From positions 291,338,001 to 291,402,000 of the forward strand of contig OZ024741.1 of assembly GCA_964016885.1 (NCBI GenBank): a DNA stretch of 64,000 nucleotides, written 5' to 3'. Under the pieces are notes generated by a model, which did not search any database, was not told the DNA's origin, and saw only the letters and a list, made by a program, of their open reading frames with translations. The DNA is from Eledone cirrhosa (taxonomy: Eukaryota). Shown here piece by piece: positions 13,577 through 28,189 of the stretch. A program made the translations under genes and the position numbers. The first letter of the stretch is position 1. Every line of letters begins with the position of its first letter.

Positions 13577-13705
13577 TTGCGACCGACAGATAGTATTAAC
13601 AATTGGAAACACCAATGGAAATATTGTTTCCTCAGTCCGATTCGACGATTCGTACGTTTGTGAGTTCGATTCCCAGTGGCGTGTTCGGTCCTCGACCAAG
13701 ACACC
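13577..13705 (+). mobile_element. Diverged family B SINE fragment, 3' half preceding 5' half
   Basis: TTGCGACCGACAGATAGTATT... followed by GTGAGTTCGATTCC...CAAGACAC. Confidence 0.6.
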
Positions 13706-14528
13706 GTTCAGTTTTGTATAGTTTATGTTCGATTACTCTAAAGTATTTAATACTTCATGTAAAGCAAAGCACTAGAACGTTATATCCTCTATATAACTGC
13801 TCGACCGGCTAGGAATAACAATCAGTTCCATTTCGAAATATACACCATACTTTCATATGCATTAGATAACTGTAGTGCTACATACTCCTACAAATATGTA
13901 ACTTTCGTGCACGGCATATCTTTGATCATATGTCTGCACGATCTGGGTTGATTTTTTACTAAAGAGCGCCATGTCGAGATAATATGGACGTCACCCTCAT
14001 TGCCGTTCAACCGATGAGCATTTGCGGTCAAATCTTTAAATGAAACCGTAGCAAATTAGAAGTGGATACATTGTAGGATATTTTCTTGTTTACCCTGTGT
14101 TTAGGAAAAATATGTCGGGATTTACAAATCTTTGTGTATAGGTCTATTTGATCAAGGCTGACCAAGAGTTAAATAATAATAACGAAAACTTCTACGTGTC
14201 GCCATCCTCTAATGAATTAAACGTAAGAAATACTTTGAAAATGTTGGCAAGCTACACTGAAGTTTGAAAGGTAAGCAGGCGTTTTATTGATTCGACCGTA
14301 TGGTGTCTGCGTCTGTATTGAAATCTACTTATGAAGATTTCTGTTGTTACTGAGAGATTCCCAACTGTAATAAACATTTCAGAAAGACATTTTGCGTTAC
14401 TACACATGAATGCAGATTTTCTCGCACGCATACACACGCACACACCAATATATACTCTCTCTCACACACACACGCACACACAGACACATATATATATATA
14501 TATATATATACATGCATATCTCTCTCTC

Positions 14529-14670
<142 letters not shown>

Positions 14671-14673
14671 CAT

Positions 14674-14723
<50 letters not shown>

Positions 14724-14917
14724 GCATATCTACATATTTTATATATATATATATATATATATGGGGGTGTGTGTGTGCGTGTGTATGTGTGTGTATTAGC
14801 ATAGAATTGCCTTCCACTGTAGATAATAACTACTCAGACTCTCCAATGACCTGACCAGTTAAACATTGCCAAAATGTTCTGAAAATGGTTTCATAATGTA
14901 CTTTTAGTATAGACATA

Positions 14918-14978
<61 letters not shown>

Positions 14979-15169
14979 TTGGCATAATGAAGTTCAGCTG
15001 TTTCGGCTAACCCACTACATTTAACACTCTTGGGTATGCAAACATTATCATTAAGGGTTCAGTGATTCACACTTTTTTCGATATTATGCATGTCCCTCAC
15101 CCAAAGGCAAAATTAATATATTTCATTAATTTTAACTCGAATTTTTTTTTTTCAGAATTTCGTAGGAAA

Positions 15170-16404
15170 TTCATGCTACCAACAAGGTTGTTTATGGTGA
15201 CCTTCCACGAGTTTCATCGACAGTTTGATCCAATCGCTTGACTTTAGCTGTTCATATTTCCCGCCATGATGAACCTGCAGGGAAACTGCTTCTCTAGTCA
15301 ACAGATTCAAAGCATCGAGTAGGACGTCGAAACATATGTATCATGACTCTGTTGGCGATGGAGACTGGTCTCACTGGATGTGATCTTTTTGTTTTGATGA
15401 GAAATCGGGAAGTCTGGAACAAGAACTTTGCGCTTACTTCAACTTCGATGGAGGGATGGTTCAGGAAGAAGAAAATGATCGCTGCACAGCTGAAGCCAAT
15501 CATTGATTTCACCATAGAAACAGCTTACAGAAGGGTTGTTAAGATCCTCTTACATAAGAATTACCCCCATATAATATAGAATAATCAAATGCTTACTTTA
15601 GTTGATAAGACCAAGAGAAGGTCTATGGCTGCCAAAATGGTGGAGAAGATGGAAAACAACTCAAATTTTCTGTATCAGCTGTGGGCCGCCGATGAAGTCT
15701 ACTTTCACTTCGCTGGGAATATCAACTCTAAGAAAAATGTGTTGTGGGGGTCAGTGAAAAACCCACTGTGTAACCTCTCTACTCGGCTATATGTACGTTG
15801 ATTGCCCCATTTTTCTTCGAATCAAATAGTGCCACTGCTACAGTTACAGAGGAACGCTATGTGGGGTTCATGAAAGATTTAAAAAAAAATAGCTCCAGAT
15901 GCTGTAGCCATGTTTAAAGAATAACTTCTGGTTTCAGCAAGACGGAGCAAGCCATCACATCTCCAATGAATCACGGCAATTGCTGAAAATCGTGTAATCA
16001 GTTTGAAGACTGATCTTGAATGGACCTTACACAATCCTGATTTAAGTCACCAGATGTATTTCTTTGAGGCTATATAAAGAATAAAGTAGATGTCAACAAA
16101 TCATTGACGGTCACTGAACTAAAGAAAAAACATCATGAAGGAGATCAGAACCATCCCTAGGTCTACTTGTAAGACGTTATGCTAAACTTCACTATGCACC
16201 CCAAAGAACTCTTGGATTCAAATGGGGATGACTTGCAACCCATGCTATAACTCTTGACAGGGAAAGGAAAAGATAATGGAATTTTGATATCTTGTTTCCA
16301 ATAGTTTGAACTAAATTTGCTTTGAGTTTCATCAATTTTTGTCACAGAATGAATAATATAGACAAAAATAAATATGGGACAAGTTTTGTTTTAGTTACCC
16401 TGTA
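15170..16404 (+). mobile_element. Degenerate Tc1/mariner-superfamily transposon (rosa/DD41D- or maT-like transposase pseudogene)
   Basis: ADEVYFHFAGNINSKKN (cf. SDEAHFHLNG.VN.QN), FQQDGA at ~15932, W..HNPDLS...GYIKNKV at ~16021-16090; right end ...TTACCCTG followed by TA; left boundary uncertain. Confidence 0.75.
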
Positions 16405-16845
16405 TATATTAAAGGCGTTTATCAGTATGAACAAACAACGTCAAAAAGCATGGGTCCGAAAAGAAATTATAATGTACTGTTAAGAAACTTAAATCAAAGA
16501 ATAGTATTATTAAAATCCCAACATATGAAAGATTTAACTATATATTTACCATTTACAATTCCTTTGGAAAAATGTTTGTTGGATGGCAGTCATCATTATC
16601 AGTGACACTCGAAACCAATTCCTTTAGAGAAATCGTAGAATTTGAACTTCCCTGTAGGTTACAAAGTGGGCGGGGTGATGAACACACCATGTGACTTTCA
16701 TATGAACAACATCTGGTGACCATCGTGTCAAAATGAAACATATAGCAGGAATTGTGATTGTATGTGTGTGTTATACCATAGTTGTGTTCCAATGTGTGAT
16801 TTTCTGTGACTGTGTGTATGTGTGCATGTGTAATAAGTATGTATG

Positions 16846-16893
<48 letters not shown>

Positions 16894-16929
16894 TGTGTAT
16901 GTATGTGTGTGTCCGTGTATGTGTGTGTG

Positions 16930-17281
16930 CGGAGGAAGTCAGGAGAGTCAACGGACATCAAATAATATTTTTTTTTTGTGGAGCGAGATACTCCTAGTCT
17001 TCAATAGACATCTCTCTAGGTGAAGGTCACTCTGATAAAAAACCAGTGACTTTTTGGGCAAATGCATTCGAGGTTCAGAGAGTGAGATTGGCCCCGTGCA
17101 AAGCCTTTCCTCGCAAAAACAAGCCTCAAGCAGCGGCATCGCTTGATATGTGACATATTTTGCGATGTATAGTGTTGCTGGACATAGGCAAGTCCCTAGC
17201 AGGACTAAAAAGTCACGTCCATGATGCTCATGCTTAAGCATCAAACGATGGCATTACTCGAAATTCCGTTGCAGCTATCAT
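16930..17281 (+). mobile_element. Diverged family C copy
   Basis: TCTAGGTGAAGGTCACTCTGATA, GTGCAAAGCCTTTCCTC, GGACTAAAAAGTCAC and TACTCGAAA..TTGCAGCTATCAT end. Confidence 0.6.
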
Positions 17282-17290
17282 ATTCATCAC

Positions 17291-17326
<36 letters not shown>

Positions 17327-18223
17327 CGCGTCATTAATTGCAACGTGCACATATATGTATTATTCCACCGATGAATATCAAAGAAACTAGTCAGATTGAT
17401 CTCTTACTTCTGCACACGAAAGTATAAAAAAACTTTTTTTTTTATGGCGTGTATAAAATGTTGTCTACCTTATATTGAGTTTCAAACATAGTAGTCAAAT
17501 ATCACTGCTGGTCTACGACATTAAACTTAATACGGAAGAATACAATCATCATTCACTTTTACATCATCGAATTCTAACCTTTGATAACAAAATATGATGA
17601 TAACAATCTGATGTTGTGATAACAAAATTCTTGACCATCGGTTATTCGATATTTAAATAATTATACATGCAAGAAAATGTCACTAATTCTTTTGACGTGG
17701 TGGTGGGTTATCTAGATTCTACTGAAATTTAAGCTTATAGGTTTCTATTTAACATAGTGTCGTTTATATCGATATGACTATAGTTTATAACACATAATAT
17801 GGATGCTATTGTTGATATTATCATAAGCATTGTAATGTTTTTATATCAGTGTATGGAAACCAAATTAAAATTTAGATTACACAAATATAGCTTCTAATTT
17901 GCACATATAAATCATTTTGTTTACAATATTTGCTTTTATTTAGTATTGTAGGAGAAAACATAAGTGGAAATAGTTCGCTGAAGAGATTTAATAAGATCGG
18001 AACGTCCGTTGATTTCAGCAAATTAGCTTTTGGGTGAGGTCAATTCCGATACGTTGTCTTAACAAGCCAAGATTATTGGAGTTCTCTCCCTTGATTAGGT
18101 TAAGGAACGAGCTTGCCTGAAAGAAATTGTGTTCTTGAAATTGTGAGAATAGCTTCGGTTTATAATAAGAGATTTTTTCCCAATAGCCATTGTCAAAGAG
18201 CGATACACACACATACAGACCAG

Positions 18224-18492
<269 letters not shown>

Positions 18493-19002
18493 GTAGACCG
18501 CCAAAACGGGGGTACCTCCCTTTGGGAGAACAATGTGCCTCTGCGATGTGTACTACTAGAACGCACACCCGAGAGGAACAGAACGAAAAACTTGTTGACG
18601 AAATAAATTCTTTTGTTCTGTCGTCAAAAGCCATTAACTTACAGACCCCTGCAGGGAGATTTTGTCGATTTTGGGATTAACAGAAACCTAGCGGAGACGT
18701 ATGTTGTATGTGATGTATATTGTATGATATACATTATGTGTTGCATGTAATGTCTACGCGACGGTCCAGGTCGGTCAAAAATGTTCCTGAGTTCAGTTTT
18801 TTTCGTTGCTATGGTATCTGCGGCCCGTCTGTCAGTCGCTGTATTTGATTTGCAAAGCTGTCTAAACGTAATGTTATAACTCTGGGGTAATATTCTCCAT
18901 TGAGTGCTTAGCTGCACACCGAAACTGCATTCGTTAACTTGGCTACTACCAAAAGCTTCGTTGATGCTGTACTAAAATTTCTATGTATATTTCTATAATA
19001 TA

Positions 19003-19306
19003 AACAAACGAAAAATCAGTGATGCATCTAGACTCAGTTTATTGCGTGTTACAATTGTTTCGCTGGCAGATAGCTCGAGGCATGATCGTTATGTATATCT
19101 GCTTGATTCTACAGTTGCAAGTTCTTCGAACACATGCAATGCTTTGGGAGAAAATTTGCTCCGAAAGCATTACATGTGTCCGAAGAACCTGCAGCTGTAG
19201 AATCAGGCAGATCCACACAATGATCAGGCCTCGAGCTATCTGCCGGCGAAACAATTGTAACACGCAATAAACTGAGTCTAGATGCACCATTGATTTTTCG
19301 TTTGTT
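19003..19306. repeat. ~300-bp quasi-palindrome (~148-bp arms, ~8-nt loop)
   Basis: AACAAACGAAAAATCA...GCTTTGGGAG / CTCCGAAAGC...TGATTTTTCGTTTGTT; roughly 90% arm identity counted by eye. Confidence 0.9.
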
Positions 19307-19394
19307 AATATTATTTACAGTCTGCTCTGTAAGAACATTGAGTACTCAACTGGCATACCGCCTATGGAAGCACAATAGCTACCATTAAACACAC

Positions 19395-19454
<60 letters not shown>

Positions 19455-19762
19455 TTTTAAATATATTATCATAGAGAAAGTGTGAGATGGACGTATAAAC
19501 GGCTTTTCAATTGGTGAAGACCCCCACCATTACTACCACCTTTAAGACTATCATCATCAACACACCACCACCTCTACCAGCAACATTAATATCATCATCA
19601 TCACTGGTAATGGTGGTGGTGGTGGTGGCAGCTGAAAATTAGAGCAGTCTTCTGAAAGTTTATTTCGAAATACCAGAGGGCAGCAATCACTATATTATGT
19701 AATAATCCCAAGAAACTTTCTCTTCTCTAACTACAGCAAATATATACATATACACACACCCA

Positions 19763-19837
<75 letters not shown>

Positions 19838-20117
19838 CTGTGTGAGTGTGTGCGTGCGTGTACGTGTGTGTCTGTATATATATACATATGTATATATGTA
19901 TGTGCGTATATATTTATATATATATATGTATGTGCATGTATATTTATATATATGTGTGTGGATGTATATTTATATATATGTATGTATATATTTATATATA
20001 TGTGTATATGTATGTATATATGTATATGTACATAAATAAATAAATATATATGTGTATATGTATGTATATATATATATATACATACATATATATATATATG
20101 TATATGTACATAAATAA

Positions 20118-20150
<33 letters not shown>

Positions 20151-20175
20151 TATGTATGTATATGTACATAAATAA

Positions 20176-20210
<35 letters not shown>

Positions 20211-20211
20211 G

Positions 20212-20242
<31 letters not shown>

Positions 20243-20268
20243 TGTATATGTACATAAATATATATATA

Positions 20269-20329
<61 letters not shown>

Positions 20330-20365
20330 AAAAAAAAAGAAAAGGAGGAGAGCACCAGCACGGAC

Positions 20366-20875
20366 TTGAAAGTAAATGAGACACCCGCCGTCACAGTCAG
20401 GGAGGGCAGGCCGGGCAACCAACGAGCAACATGTAAAGGTGAAAAGCAAAATCACCTTCCGAAGGAGAACCAAGCGCAGAGGGACCAGTGGACAACTGTT
20501 CAAAGGAAGAACAGAAAGCACCGAGACACTGGCAGCAAGAAAACCCAAGTAATGTGCAAGTTTTTCAGGAACGGGACCTCCTGGCATGGAGAGACAGGGA
20601 TGGGTTGTAGATTCTCCCCCTCCAGGTCTCAAACGAACTATGCCAATCTTACTCGTGCAACATGCCTCAGCCAAAGCCGAAACAAGCCGCTCCAGAAGTA
20701 TGCTGATGTCGCGCGTGCCGCAGCAACAAGGAGAAGGCACGCATATGCCGACGAGATACAGATGGCAGCAGCAGAGCAGAAACATTTTTTAGTGATGGCA
20801 GACAAGATTGTGGGACAGCTGACCTGGCTGCATCGTTTGCAGAGCCACACCGGCACTCGTGACCACCACAGATAA
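20366..20875 (+). pseudogene. LINE ORF1 C-terminal part with a degenerate CCCH-type zinc finger
   Basis: [21 protein letters not shown] resembles a CCCH finger; directly upstream of and overlapping ORF2. Confidence 0.55.
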
Positions 20876-22124
20876 GGGTCCCAGAGTGGCCGCCGCTGAC
20901 ACCAGACCAGGTGTCACACCGACAGCCATTACTGGCACCCCAAAAGTCACACCAGTGCTGCTGCTCAATGTCAGAGGCCTGGTGAAATTCAGTAACATGA
21001 GTAAAATTTCCTACCTGGGAGACTTAGCCATAAGCAATCAAGCATTATGCATATCACTAACCGAAACGCACCTGACAAGCAGTATAGCAGATGCAGAAAT
21101 ACATATACCGAAATATACTGTATTTCGTGCGGACAGGAAGGAGAGGACTCATGGTTGGGTTGCTCTGTATATCCGTGAAGATGTCACATCAATTGTACCG
21201 TTGACACATTCAAACTCAGTCTGTGACACACTGATAGTACATAAGAAGCAATTACAGACAGTAATATGTGTCACATATCGGCCGCCCGATGCCCCCAGTC
21301 ATGAGGGTAAATTTGAGGATAGCCTCAGTAGGATAGAAGATGTCCTTGACAAACTGGACCAGGGTCTCAACATTCTACTGCTGGGAGACTACAACCTACC
21401 AAAGGTCAAATGGCCCGAGGACCACCCCCTCCCTGGAATGACGTCAATAGAACAGAGACAGACGGAATCCCTGCTGGGCCTCACACACAGGCTGTTCATG
21501 GAGCAAGCCATACTCCTCCCAGCAAGAGGCGAAAATGTCCTGGACCTCTGTTTTACAAACAACGAAGTGCTCGTCCACAATGTAAAGGTGACACCAACTA
21601 TTCTCTCGGATCATAGCGTAGTAGAACTAATGCTATATGGTCCGAGAGAACCAACAGAGACAAAACCATCAAGAAGCTCCGGGACGTTATCCAGCCTTAA
21701 CTTCTACAAGGCTAACTGGAAAAAGATTAAGAGAGAAATTTGGAAGCAAACATGGAGCGAAAACACCGCCACGCAAGACACTAACACTCAATTTCAACAC
21801 TTCATTACAACAATACACACTATATACCAAAGGTTTGTCCCGGAGAAAAAGGCAAACAGACACAAAAATCTTATTCCCAGAGATAGGAAAATCCTTATGA
21901 AACGTAGAACCAAGCTCTCAAACCAGTTGAATGCACAAGAAAACAAAAACAAGAAGGAACCCTATTTGAAACATGCACTACTTGGCACTGAGATTGCACT
22001 CAAACTTTCCCATGAAAACGAGAGGGCAAAAAAAGAAAGCAGGGCAATAGGAAACATTAAAATAAACCCTAAGGCCTTCTTTAAATTTGTAAAAGAAACT
22101 GCCTCGGGTCAGACGGTTCATTAA
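20859..22124 (+). pseudogene. CR1-group ORF2 apurinic-like endonuclease domain (421-aa open segment)
   Basis: Complete set of APE motifs; frameshift and stops downstream. Confidence 0.9.
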
Positions 22125-22449
22125 CCGAGAATCCCCAAGAGATATGGGAAATACTGAACGAACAGTACAAAAGTGTGTTCCCATGTCCACTGAGGCACAT
22201 GCAAATACTAAAGCCAGAGGAGTTATTTGATGCCACAACACTACATGAAGAATTGGCGACCATCAACCACATAGACATAACGGAGGAGGATGTGGTGTAC
22301 GCCATAGATGAAATTAGAACAGACTCAGCTGCTGGACCTGATGGATTCCCAGCAGTCCTCTTAAAAACATGAAAGCGGGCCTTATCAACTCACTAAAGAT
22401 CCTCTTCAGAAGCTCCTTGGGTAGCGGTATACTACCCAGGGAGCTGAAA

Positions 22450-24095
22450 CTCAGACTCAGAAGCTCCCGCGTCTTGCGACGCATGAGGCAATCATAGTGT
22501 TGCACCGCGTTCGGTCAGCAGCCAGTTGCACAGCGTCCCGCCATTGTCTGTTTGTCGCTCGCAGGTCCCTCTCAACTGTCTGGCGCCAGTTCATTTTGGG
22601 TCGCCCTCTCCGTCTGCCTCCCTGTGGGTTCCATTTAAGTACTTGGTTCGCCAGTCTCTCCGGGGGAAGTCTCAAAGCGTGCCCAAACCAGCCCAGGCGT
22701 CGCTTGCAGATGGCAGAAGAGACCAGCTGCTGGTTGGTGCGGTTACTGACTTCCTGGTTTGTTACATGGTCACTCCATTTAATCCCCAGGATCTTTCGCA
22801 GACACCTGGAATCGAATACGTCCAACTTCTTCTCTTGGCTGGTCCTAAGGTGCCATGTTTCACTTCCGTACAAGAGTATGGACAGCACGTTGCTCTTGTA
22901 GAATCTCATCTTTGTATTGAGGGTGAACTTCCTGCTCTTCCAGATATGACAAGCTGGTTAAATGCTGCTGAAGCCTTTCCCATTCTACATTGCAATTCAC
23001 TGTCCATGGCGTCCCCATTGTCAATGGAGCTTCCTAGATAGGTGAAGTTGTCCACTATCTCCACCTCCCCCTGTTCAATGAAAACACTAGTTGGTGATGG
23101 GTGTGTCCCAGATAACATGCTTTTGGTCTTCTTAGCACAGATATTGAGATCTAAGCTTCCTGCTTCGACATTGATATTGTTCATAATGATTTGCAGGTCA
23201 GCTGTGCTCTCTGCAAGTGCAACAATATCGTCCGCAAAGTCCAGGTCAGACAACTTTTGCTCTCGCGCCCAAGATATACCCTGGTCTTTAGACGCTCTTC
23301 TTAGTACCCAGTCAATGGCTATGGCAAAGAGAATTGGAGAGAGCGAGCAACCTTGACGCACACCAGTAACCACCTCAAACCAGCCACTGTAACCATCCTC
23401 TGTCCATATGCAGCACTTGGAGTTTGCGTAAATCTGTTTGATTGCCGAAATGACTTTCTGGGGCAGACCATACTCATGCATGATGCTCCAGAGTGACGGT
23501 CGATGAATGCTATCGAATACCTTGCAGAAATCGATGAAGCTGAAGCTGACGGCGAGGGGCCTCTGGAATTCGTTGTACCTCTCAATGATGCGGCGTAACG
23601 TAAAGATCTGCTCTGCACAGGAACGTTTTGGTCGGAACCCTGCCTGTTGTTCACCATAGCTCAGTGCTATGCTCCAACCAACGAACATAACGATGATGAC
23701 AAAGACGCTTTCTACCAGCAACTACAAGATGTTGTGAACAAAATCCCACGTCATGACATCCTGATCATCATGGGAGACATGAACGCACAGATCGGGGGAA
23801 GCAGGGTTGGCTTTGAACATGTCCTTGGCCTCCATGCTTATGGAAACCGCACGGACAACGGGGACAGGTTTGTCCAGTTCTGTGCCATGAAAAATATGAA
23901 AATCGGCTCGTCACTATTTGACCACAAGAACATCCACAAGGTCACATGGGCTTCGAACGACCACGGGACCAAGACGCAAATAGACCACATTGCGATTGGC
24001 CCAAGTTGGAGAGCTCCTTGCCTGCAGGATGTCCGAGTCTACCGGGGCACAGATGTCTGCAGTGACCACTATCTGTTTGTTACCAAACTTAAAAT
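22450..24095 (-). mobile_element. RTE-clade LINE nested in the CR1 RT, 5'-truncated and 5'-inverted
   Basis: TSD CAGGGAGCTGAAA at 22437-22449 and 24096-24108; (CTGAGT) tail at 22450; RT on - strand (QAGFRP, GVRQGCSLSP, FADD, LLYGSETW, GRPKMNW); APE on + strand 23647-24095 (QCYAPT, MGDMNA, QIDHI, SDH). Confidence 0.93.
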
Positions 24096-25550
24096 CAGGG
24101 AGCTGAAAGAAGGCACAATATTCCCTATCCATAAAGGAGGTAGCAGAGCGGAGGCCAAAAACTATAGACCAGTCTCCCTGACGTCACATATCAGTAAGGT
24201 CATGGAGCGAGTCGTCAGAAAGAAACTGATCACTTTCCTCGAGGAAAATGACAACCTGACTAGGACGCAGCATGGCTTCCGCCCAGGAAGAAGCTGCCTT
24301 ACACAGCTGCTACATCACTACGACTGGGCACTGAAACAACTGCTAGATAGCTCACATGTGGACGTGATATATCTTAACTTGGCGAAGGCCTTTGACAAGG
24401 TCGACCACGAAATGATATGTCACAAACTACACGGACTCGGCATAACTGGAAAAGTAGTTGAGTGGCTGCATGACTTCCTAAAGGACAGAAGCCAGACAGT
24501 CGCAGCAAACGGGGCACTCTGAAAGGAAACACGAATAACAAATGGGTTGCCCCATGGGACAGTCCTGGGACCACTACTGTTTTTGGTGGCTCTCTCAGAC
24601 ATGACCTCTGTAGTACATACAACAACATCCCTCACTAGCTATGCTGATGACACTAAGGTAGCACAAGGAATCAAAAACCCGGCTGACGCTACCCTTTTAC
24701 AACAAGATCTGGATGCCATATACAAATGGGCGGAAGACAACAACATGCAGTTTAATGCTGGCAAATTCCAAGCCCTACAATACAAACCTCCAAACAAACC
24801 TGCAAACACAAATATAGTACAACACAACAACACAGGACCGGGAGGAAAGATATCCCCGTGTCAAAATCGATACGAGACCTGGGCGATGATGCATCTTTTT
24901 CCTCACACATCATGAAAGTGGCGACAATGTGCAGACGACTCGCTGGCTGGATCTTGAGGACTTTCTGGACAAGTGACCGAGACACCCTGTTGACACTATG
25001 GAGGACATTTGTCCTAAGCCGCCTGGACTACTGCTCCCAGTTGTGGTCACCCCATAGTGTCAAACGTACCACGGAGCTTGAGGCAATCCAGCGAACCTAC
25101 ACCAAGAGGATTTCCACGATGAAGGAGAAAAGCTACTGGGAGAGGCCAAAAGAACTTAACCTCTACTCCTTGGAACGAAGACGGGAGAGATACACAGTGA
25201 TCTACATGTGGAAAATCCTGGAGGGTCTAGCACCAAACTTTGGCATTGGGAGCTGGACCAACCGTCGAACAGGACGTCACTGTGTGGTGCCAAAGGTCCC
25301 GTCTTCCAGATCTAGAATAAGGAGCAGGTATTACAATAGCCTGGAATTCAAGGACCCTCAACTCTTCAACATGCTGCCGAGGGATCTGAAAGATTTGCAT
25401 GACGTGGAGGGAGATCTCTTCAAGAAACATCTCGACACCTTGCTATCCAGGATCACGGATGAGCCTACAGCAAGGCACGAGGGAAACCTAAGGGCAGCAG
25501 CAACAAACTCCTTCTTACACCAGTGGCCAACCTATACAGGCTGGAGATAA
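24096..25550 (+). pseudogene. CR1-group RT and C-terminus with a stop and a frameshift
   Basis: ORFs ending 24522, 24547-24915 (YADD) and 24858-25550. Confidence 0.9.
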
Positions 25551-25878
25551 AATGTGTAGCAACAAGGGCGGTGCCCCAGCATGGCCTCAGCCGGATGGCT
25601 GAAACAGGTAAAAGAGTAAAAAAAAGAGAATATATACATATATATATGTATATATATATATATATATATGTACATATATATATATATATGTATATATATA
25701 TATGTATATATATATATGTATATATACATATATATATATATGTATATATATGTATATATATGTATATATACATATATATATATGTATATATATATATATG
25801 TATATATATGTATATATACGTATATATATATGTATATATACATATGTATATATATATATGTATATATACATATATATA

Positions 25879-25931
<53 letters not shown>

Positions 25932-27021
25932 GTATATATACATTTATATATATATATATGTATATATACATATATATATATATGTATATATAAATGAAAT
26001 AATAGGAGGCTGGACTGGTGTAAATCATTGAAAGGTTTATTATACTATGATCATTTCTATGACCGGGTTCCATATGAATCCGGTGATATCATCAGGTATT
26101 GTAATATAACAAAGGAATATGCAAAAAGCCATGGGTCCGAAAAACCATGGGTCCGAGAAACCAGAGACAGAGAGGGCGGCTGACCAACTAGCTTCACAGC
26201 CAGTTGCCCTCAAAGTGTTGGCAACCGAAAACTACCAGTGAATATCTGGTAAGGGGGCGCAGGTCTATCATTTACTACCACCACTCCGTCAAAGAAGAAG
26301 GGGAAACAAGTAAGAAAGGGAGAAAGAAATGTATTGTAAGGGTCATACTACATTCAAGTTAGAAGAAGCCGCGAAAAAAATGCTACCCAAAGAATCTATA
26401 GTGGGTGTCTGTATGGTCTAATGTGTGAACCGAAGATTGGAACGCTAAACTTATGTTGCGAGTTATAGGATGAAATAAATTAAATTAAAAATATTAAATT
26501 GCAAAATGATAAATTGAAAAATAGAGGTAGCGAGATTTATTTATATAACGAACTTACGGAGAGAGTCTTATATGAAAAATGTTTATTTTATTTAACTCGA
26601 TAAGATATTAGGATGTGATATAGAGTAAAGATTTCGATTGGGAGACCCAGCCAGCACAGCCACCACCACGAGTCAGCCAGTCTCGAGTGGTATCGTCCAG
26701 CGAAAGAAATGGAAATTAATTTTATAGGTTTGTGTTCTTGATGGTAGTTTTGGTCTTGTGTCACTCTTTGTTCGTGGTTAAGTTGTTTTACCCTTTTTAT
26801 ATGCATACAAATATATTCTATTCTTATATGTGTTACCTTTTTTACACTTAAAACCTACTGCATGTCAATACAATAAATACAATATATGTATATAAAAACG
26901 TAAGTATTTGAGATATGAAATAATTTGCAGTCGAGCATTAATAAATTTCAATATGTGACTTCATGATATATTGCTGTGAAATCAGCTTGATTGATTGCTG
27001 TATACACACACGCACACACAT

Positions 27022-27151
<130 letters not shown>

Positions 27152-27152
27152 G

Positions 27153-27211
<59 letters not shown>

Positions 27212-27228
27212 GTATATATATATATATG

Positions 27229-27260
<32 letters not shown>

Positions 27261-27543
27261 TATATAAGTAAGATGTATGGTAGGTCGTATGTGAATCGCG
27301 ATGATCACGTCTGACTTACCAAATATGTGACGGTAGTTATATGTATATATATATATGTAAAATATATATATATATATATGTATATATATGTATATATATA
27401 TATGTAAAATATATATATATATATATGTATATATATGTATATATATATAAAATATATATATATATATATGTATATATATGTATATATATATATGTAATAT
27501 ATATATATATATATGTATATATATGTATATATATATATGTAAA

Positions 27544-27597
<54 letters not shown>

Positions 27598-27598
27598 G

Positions 27599-27701
<103 letters not shown>

Positions 27702-27754
27702 TCATATATATATGAATATATATATATATATGAATATATATATGAATATATATA

Positions 27755-28067
<313 letters not shown>

Positions 28068-28069
28068 TC

Positions 28070-28188
<119 letters not shown>

Positions 28189-28189
28189 T

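Larger units (their letters stand above)
20340..25628 (+). mobile_element. Long decayed CR1-group LINE (ORF1 part, APE, RT), flanked by (TA)n
   Basis: APE motifs LNVRGL, LTETHL, YRPP, LGDYNLP, LDLCFTN, SDH; RT motifs AAGPDGFP, NYRPVSLTS, QHGFRPGRSC, AKAFDKVDH, PHGTVLGP, YADD; LDYCSQLWSP and LYSLERRRER C-terminus; hairpin-plus-GTAAAAGA tail. Confidence 0.92.

Noticed and set aside
19019-19290. Mirror-image 83-aa ORFs on both strands
   Set aside because: Consequence of the palindrome; no recognisable domain
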